Below, piece after piece: positions 46,378 through 51,431 of a DNA stretch of 51,431 bases. The notes beneath the pieces were generated by a model. That model saw only the letters and a list, made by a program, of their open reading frames with translations. It was not told the DNA's origin and searched no databases. Source of the stretch: Alphaproteobacteria bacterium (GTDB taxonomy: Bacteria > Pseudomonadota > Alphaproteobacteria > GCA-2731375); contig JAPYPT010000004.1 of the NCBI GenBank assembly GCA_029937535.1, forward strand, positions 1-51,431. Reading direction: 5' to 3'. The position numbers and the translations under genes were made by a program. Numbering within the stretch: position 1 is the stretch's first letter; each line of letters opens with the position of its first letter.

Positions 46378-47997
46378 TTAACCTTCCATATAGGCGGTAC
46401 GCACGCCGCCATTGGAAATGTTGAACGGACCGGCAAATGCTGGCGCATAGTCCTTCAACTTCTTGGTTGCCGCGGATGTCAACGGGATACCGTGGGTGTA
46501 GATCAAGGCACAATCTTCATTGACCATGCTTTCGACGTCCGTATACATCTCCTTACGCACGGAGTTGTCGCGGGTCGCCCGTGCCGCAATGATCAATTTG
46601 TCCGCTGCTTCGTTCTTATAACCGGTCCGCAACATGGTTGACGGTCCGGTCGACAGAACGTTGACGGAATACCATTGATCAGGCTCGAAGCGGTAGCTGT
46701 TCGCGGTCGAATCGACGCCGTAGTCGTTCTTTTTGTACTTTTTACGCAGGACGGGATTGTCGAAAATTTCGTTGGTCACCTTAAAACCGGCTTCCTCGAG
46801 CATGGAATAGACGATTTCACCAGTCTGACGCATGTATGCATAGGCCTGCCGCGCGACCACGGCAACGGGCGTATTCTTGGCATTCAGCTTGCGCAGGATC
46901 GCCTTGGATTTTTCGGGATCGTATTCCTTGATGTTCTTGATATCAGGCATGTGCCAGGAGCTTGAGGTACCGTAGAAACCGTACAGTTTCTCGCTCAGGC
47001 CATTGAAAATCGACTGATGGATGGCTTCCCTATCGATGGCGTGGGCCAAGGCTTGCCGCATCAACTTACCATCCGCCGCGCTCATGGCGAAGGGTCCCGA
47101 TTTTGACTGCACCGCAAGATAACCGGCACCAACTTGCGGGATATCCCAGGTATTGTAGTTGGCGGTTTCGTTTTTCTTGAAATTCGCGGCATCCGCATAG
47201 GACATGTTCTCGATCAGGTCGACCTCGCCCGTGCGCAGGGCGGTCAAGCGAACCTTGTCCTCTTTCTTCGGATAGCCAATGATCGCGTCGAGATAGGGCA
47301 GGGAATTACCGGCGGCATCGGTTTGCCAGAAATTCTCGAACCGAACCATCTCGGTCTTGTTATAGCGTTTCCAACTGACGAATTTGAAGGGTCCGCAACC
47401 GATGGGATGGGTATCCACTTGATCCACGGCATTGGGCGCGATCAGATTAACCGGATAATAGGTCACGCTGGCCAGGAACACGGCACTTGGCGTACTCAAT
47501 TCGATCCGCAGGGTGTACTTATCGACCGCCGTGATATTTTTCACAATTTTGAAAAAGCTGCGATGGAAGGAATGGCTGGTTTTCGGGTCGCGTACCCGGT
47601 CATAGTTCCACTTGATCGCCGGTGCGTCCACGTCGGCGCCATTGTGGAAGGTCACACCTTTCTTGATCTTGAAGGTGTAGGTCATCATGTCATCGGAGAC
47701 GGTCCATTCCTCGCCAATGGCCGGAACGATATCCATGTTGGCGTCGATATCGAGCAGGCCGCCCGAGGTCGCGGCCAATGGGTGCGAGACGTAATAGATG
47801 ACGTTGCGTTGCGGATCCAGGCCACGGGCGTCGGCGCGGGTTGAAAACCGCAGTGTGCCGCCTTTTTTCTTGGCCGCGAATGCCGCGCCCGGCACGGTGG
47901 CCGCCGCGGCGCCCGCCACGCCTGCTGCTGCCGTCGTGGCAATGAATTCACGCCTGGTCTGTTTGCCGAATGAGTTGCTGATTTTCTGCTCGGACAT
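46378..47997 (-). CDS. ABC transporter substrate-binding protein, family 5, with a Tat signal
   Basis: TRREF twin-arginine signal with AFA cleavage, GGTL, LDP, YTF.IK.GV.FHNG, PIG.GPFKF and RQAL..AIDR motifs. Confidence 0.93.
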   Translation of the reverse strand: MSEQKISNSFGKQTRREFIATTAAAGVAGAAAATVPGAAFAAKKKGGTLRFSTRADARGLDPQRNVIYYVSHPLAATSGGLLDIDANMDIVPAIGEEWTVSDDMMTYTFKIKKGVTFHNGADVDAPAIKWNYDRVRDPKTSHSFHRSFFKIVKNITAVDKYTLRIELSTPSAVFLASVTYYPVNLIAPNAVDQVDTHPIGCGPFKFVSWKRYNKTEMVRFENFWQTDAAGNSLPYLDAIIGYPKKEDKVRLTALRTGEVDLIENMSYADAANFKKNETANYNTWDIPQVGAGYLAVQSKSGPFAMSAADGKLMRQALAHAIDREAIHQSIFNGLSEKLYGFYGTSSSWHMPDIKNIKEYDPEKSKAILRKLNAKNTPVAVVARQAYAYMRQTGEIVYSMLEEAGFKVTNEIFDNPVLRKKYKKNDYGVDSTANSYRFEPDQWYSVNVLSTGPSTMLRTGYKNEAADKLIIAARATRDNSVRKEMYTDVESMVNEDCALIYTHGIPLTSAATKKLKDYAPAFAGPFNISNGGVRTAYMEG

Positions 47998-48219
47998 ATG
48001 AAGGCCTCCCTTATGCGAGCCACTCTAAAATGTGTGCCCAAGTTCGGCGGACAGGCTAGCAGACAATTGGTGTCTGCCTCCCCCCAAAATTCCACCGGGT
48101 ACGTCGGCACGCGTACGCTTCTGTTTTTTGCGCTTCGCTAGGGCGAGTGTAACGAGGGTGGCGCGATGATAGCAAATGAAAATTCATTATCCTTGCCGGT
48201 GAAATAACGACTTGGAACA

Positions 48220-48248
48220 TTGACAGCGCGCCCTTGTTGCGCCGCAAT
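48220..48248 (+). promoter_or_regulatory. Putative sigma70 promoter giving a near-leaderless transcript
   Basis: TTGACA-N17-CGCAAT ends 5 nt before the ATG at 48254. Confidence 0.4.
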
Positions 48249-48253
48249 GAGGC

Positions 48254-49420
48254 ATGGATCAGATCAATACGACAGACCCATTGTCGCGTGCCCGCGATGT
48301 GGCCGGACCCCTTGCCGCCGCCGCGGATGAAATCGAGGCGACCCGCCGCATTCCCGAACCATTGTTGTCGCAATTGCATGATCAGGGTCTTTTCCGTCTT
48401 CTTCTGCCCCGGGACTTGGGCGGCGGCGAGGTCGAGCCGGGGGCGTATGTTCTGGCATTGGAAGAAATTGCCCGCCATGACGCCTCCGTTGCCTGGAACA
48501 TTTTTGTCGGCAACAGTGCGGCCCTGATCGCACCGTATCTGGACCTGGAAACGGCGCGGGAGATTTTCGCCGACCCCCGTACCGTCATCGCCTGGGGCCC
48601 GCCCCACAAGGGTTTGGCGCATGCGGAAGCGGGCGGCTACCGGGTCAGCGGGACCTGGGAATTCGCCTCCGGCTGCCGCCAGGCCAACTGGATGGGCGTG
48701 CATTGCCGGGTGCGGGAGGGGGACGGCAGCCTGCGCCTGAACGGGGCCGGGCAGCCCACGCTGCGCACCTTGCTGTTCCCACGCGATCAGGCCACCCTGC
48801 ACGACACCTGGAACACCATCGGCCTGCGCGGCACGGCCTCTGATTCCTATAGCGTGAAGGATCTGTTCGTCGCCGAGGCCTATTCGGGGACCCGGGACGA
48901 TCCCCACTTGCGGCGCAAAAGCGGGCCCCTCTATGCCTTTCCCCAGCAAAATCTTTATACCGTCGGCGTGGCCTCGGTCGCGTTGGGTATTGGCCGGGCC
49001 ATGTTGTCGGCCTTCATGGAATTGGCGGCGGAAAAAACCCCACGCGGCCTGGCCCGCCTGGCGGATACGCCATCGGTGCAGTCGGGTATTGCCCATGGCG
49101 AGGCGACCCTGGGCGCCGCGCGGGCCTACCTGTTGGCAGCCTTGGCCGAGGTTTATGCCGGCGCCGGCGAGACGGAACCCATTGATATCCCCGACCGGGC
49201 CCGCGTCCGCCTGGCCGCGACCCATGCCATTCATGGCGCCTCGGATGTCACGGACTGGGTTTACAAGGCGGCCGGCGTCAGCGCCATATTCCCCGGCACG
49301 CCCTTTGAACGCCGGTTCCGCGACATGCATACCCTGACCCAGCAGATCCAGGCCCGAAGCTCCCATTACGAAACCGCCGGTCAGGTATTGTTGGGCATGC
49401 CGCCGGAAATCTATTTCTAG
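48254..49420 (+). CDS. Acyl-CoA dehydrogenase-fold flavin-dependent monooxygenase, oxygenase component (HsaA/C2-HpaH/IacA-like)
   Basis: E..RR.P, P...GG.E, GGYRVSG.W.FASGC..A.W, DTW...GLRGTAS and ERRFRD.H motifs. Confidence 0.88.
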   Translation: MDQINTTDPLSRARDVAGPLAAAADEIEATRRIPEPLLSQLHDQGLFRLLLPRDLGGGEVEPGAYVLALEEIARHDASVAWNIFVGNSAALIAPYLDLETAREIFADPRTVIAWGPPHKGLAHAEAGGYRVSGTWEFASGCRQANWMGVHCRVREGDGSLRLNGAGQPTLRTLLFPRDQATLHDTWNTIGLRGTASDSYSVKDLFVAEAYSGTRDDPHLRRKSGPLYAFPQQNLYTVGVASVALGIGRAMLSAFMELAAEKTPRGLARLADTPSVQSGIAHGEATLGAARAYLLAALAEVYAGAGETEPIDIPDRARVRLAATHAIHGASDVTDWVYKAAGVSAIFPGTPFERRFRDMHTLTQQIQARSSHYETAGQVLLGMPPEIYF

Positions 49421-50332
49421 ATGACCGAAACAGCCGTTGCGGCGCCCACCTGGCGCGCCAATTTCATTGGCCTGTTGCTGGTTCTGTTGGGCGGTATCTT
49501 CATCACCTCGCTGACCTGGATCGTGCGCAGCGTGGCCGATGACATCGATCCGCTGCAGGCCGGCTTCATGCGCTATGCCTTCGGGACCCTGCTGTTGCTG
49601 CCCATGGTCTTGAAGTTTAAGCCAGGCGACCGCGACATCAAATTGATGGGCGGACATCTGTTGCGGGGCATCGTGCATGCGGTCAGCGTCTTGCTGTGGT
49701 TCTATGCCGTCACCAAGATAACCCTGGCCGATCTGACCGCCTTGAGTTTCACGGCGCCGGTGTTCATTACCCTCGGCGCATTCATGTTTTTGGGCGAAAC
49801 ATTCAGCTATCGCCGTTTGGGCGGCATTATCTGTGCCTTTATCGGCGCCGTGGTTGTCCTGCGCCCCGGTATCGAAGTCATTTCAATCGGCGCCATCGCC
49901 ATTCTGGTTGCCTCGCCGTTTCAAGCCGCCTCGACCCTGATGGGGAAATATCTGGCCCCCCGCACCTCCCTCTACGCCATGGTGTTTTATCTCTCGTTGT
50001 TCGTGACCTTGACCAGCCTGATCCCTACATTGTTCGTCTGGAACACACCGTCCCTGCATACCTGTGTCTTGACCTTTGGCGCCGCCGTGATGGCGACCCT
50101 GGCGCATTTCTGCTGGAGCAAGTCTTTCCAGATCGCCGATTTGTCGTTTACCCAGCCAGGCTACTATTTCACCCTGATTTGGGCCGTTGCCATCGGCTTT
50201 TTCGTGTACGGTGAACGGCCCGACATCTGGTCAGGCGCGGGTGCGGCGATTATTATCGCCTCCACGGCCTATATTGCCGCCCGCGAGCGACGGGTCGGCG
50301 GCCAGGCGAAAATACGGGGAGAAGGACCATGA
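49421..50332 (+). CDS. DMT/EamA family transporter
   Basis: About 10 hydrophobic segments with two EamA repeats (F.AP.F......FLGE and GE.P). Confidence 0.9.
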   Translation: MTETAVAAPTWRANFIGLLLVLLGGIFITSLTWIVRSVADDIDPLQAGFMRYAFGTLLLLPMVLKFKPGDRDIKLMGGHLLRGIVHAVSVLLWFYAVTKITLADLTALSFTAPVFITLGAFMFLGETFSYRRLGGIICAFIGAVVVLRPGIEVISIGAIAILVASPFQAASTLMGKYLAPRTSLYAMVFYLSLFVTLTSLIPTLFVWNTPSLHTCVLTFGAAVMATLAHFCWSKSFQIADLSFTQPGYYFTLIWAVAIGFFVYGERPDIWSGAGAAIIIASTAYIAARERRVGGQAKIRGEGP

Positions 50333-50898
50333 GCTTACCCTTGGTGGTAGCGATCACCGGCGCCAGCGGCGTCGTCTATGGCATCGGGATCTTGCGTGCG
50401 CTGAAAACACTGGACGTGCCAACGCATCTGATTGTCTCAGAGGCGGCGGTGCAGACCCTCAAGTACGAAAGCGACATGACCCTGGCCGAAGTGCGCGCCC
50501 TGGCCGACGTGGTGCATTCCAACAAGGATATCGCCGCCTCGATCTCGTCGGGGTCTTTCCTCACACGCGGCATGATCGTGGCGCCCTGTTCCATCAAGAC
50601 CTTGTCCGCGATTGCGAATTCCTTCGACGCCGATCTTATCGCCAGGGCGGCGGACGTAACGTTGAAGGAACGCCGCCCCCTGGTCCTCATGGTGCGGGAG
50701 ACGCCCCTGCACAAAGGTCATCTGGAATTGATGACCCGGGCCGCCGATTATGGCGCCATCATCATGCCGCCCATGCCCGCCTTCTATCACAAGCCCACGA
50801 CCCTGCAGGAGATCATCGACCAGGGCGTCGCCCGCGCCCTGGATCAACTGGGCGTCACCCACGCACTGTTTCCCCGCTGGGACGACAGTCAATCCTGA
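50329..50898 (+). CDS. ubiX: Flavin prenyltransferase UbiX
   Basis: ITGASG..YG, ISSGSF, APCS..TL, RAADV.LKERR.L...RETP, P.PAFY and C-terminal RW motifs. Confidence 0.96.
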   Translation: MSLPLVVAITGASGVVYGIGILRALKTLDVPTHLIVSEAAVQTLKYESDMTLAEVRALADVVHSNKDIAASISSGSFLTRGMIVAPCSIKTLSAIANSFDADLIARAADVTLKERRPLVLMVRETPLHKGHLELMTRAADYGAIIMPPMPAFYHKPTTLQEIIDQGVARALDQLGVTHALFPRWDDSQS

Positions 50899-50914
50899 CG
50901 GGCGCCGGGCGAAA

Positions 50915-51181
50915 TTAGTATAGTTCAGAATGGCTACCTAACCTGGTAAGCCTCAAGTCATCGTTGGTGATTTTGTAAATCAACAGCCAGTCCGGCGCGA
51001 TATGGCATTCGCGATGATCCCGCCAATTCCCAATCAGGGCGTGATCGCGATAGGAACGATCAAGCCCCTGACCGCTCTGCAATCGGGTGATCACTGTTTC
51101 CAGTTCGTCGATATCGCGACCCTGCCGGACGGCTTTCTTGAGGTCCTTTTTGAATTGCCGCGTCGTTCTTAACGAAAGCAT
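50915..51181 (-). CDS. yafQ: Type II toxin, YafQ family mRNA interferase
   Basis: FKKDLKK, DHAL.G.W...RECHI.PDWLLIY and RLGSHSELY motifs. Confidence 0.93.
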   Translation of the reverse strand: MLSLRTTRQFKKDLKKAVRQGRDIDELETVITRLQSGQGLDRSYRDHALIGNWRDHRECHIAPDWLLIYKITNDDLRLTRLGSHSELY

Positions 51182-51182
51182 C

Positions 51183-51431
51183 CTAATCGTCCAGATCGGA
51201 CCTCAGTTCGGCAAAGCCGTCATAGGTTTGCAAATTTTCGCCGGCCTGTGTTTCCTGCATTGCCGCCACGGTTGCCGCATTTGGCCGCGCCGCGGTCGGT
51301 CGAAAGGGCAGGCCGCCCATATTGACGCTTTGCTGCAGGAAAAGCCGTATTGCATCCGAGGTTTTCAGGCCCATGGCCTGAAACACCCGTTCAGCATCAC
51401 GCTTAAGCTCGGGCGTTACCCGGGATTGCAC
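51183..51431 (-). CDS. dinJ: Type II antitoxin, RelB/DinJ family (5' end probably outside the window)
   Basis: R...ELK..AE.VF..MGL..SDAIRLFL.Q......LPF...PN..T..A motifs, directly upstream of yafQ. Confidence 0.88.
   Translation of the reverse strand: MQSRVTPELKRDAERVFQAMGLKTSDAIRLFLQQSVNMGGLPFRPTAARPNAATVAAMQETQAGENLQTYDGFAELRSDLDD

Noticed and set aside
48056-49678. 540-aa ORF on the - strand (likewise 42327-43793, 6153-7286, 20875-21975 and 41083-42126)
   Set aside because: These are antisense shadows of well-supported genes with no recognisable domains.

Overview
A GC-rich, gene-dense chromosomal window, probably alphaproteobacterial (inferred from the PleC/DivJ-type kinase, the FNR/FixK box and the repeat types). 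It holds about 42 CDSs, almost all catabolic. These include two hydantoinase/oxoprolinase A+B pairs in different operons, aminotransferases, flavin monooxygenases, amidases, GSTs, a HisD paralog, a single-chain acyl-CoA carboxylase, a SAM-cyclase-STAND-TPR protein, a PAS kinase, a peptide-family ABC importer split onto convergent strands, an orphan ubiX and a DinJ/YafQ-type TA pair at the right edge. I recognised no rRNA, tRNA, CRISPR array, integrase or transposase. The main points of interest are: (1) an NpRdhA-type, Tat-less, cobalamin-dependent catabolic reductive dehalogenase with no electron-donor partner nearby, next to an ABC importer, an aromatic-type monooxygenase and ubiX; (2) a REP-like cloverleaf flanked by two copies of the last 15 codons plus stop of a dehydrogenase gene that differ only at synonymous sites; (3) several distinct miniature palindromic elements, two of which supply the start and stop codons of one gene; (4) a MetX-like/amidase/AtzH/hydantoinase/ThDP-enzyme operon that may encode an undescribed ureide or N-heterocycle pathway; (5) a perfect FNR/FixK class II promoter in front of a PmtA-like methyltransferase. 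All family calls come from motif recognition by eye. No database searches were run.
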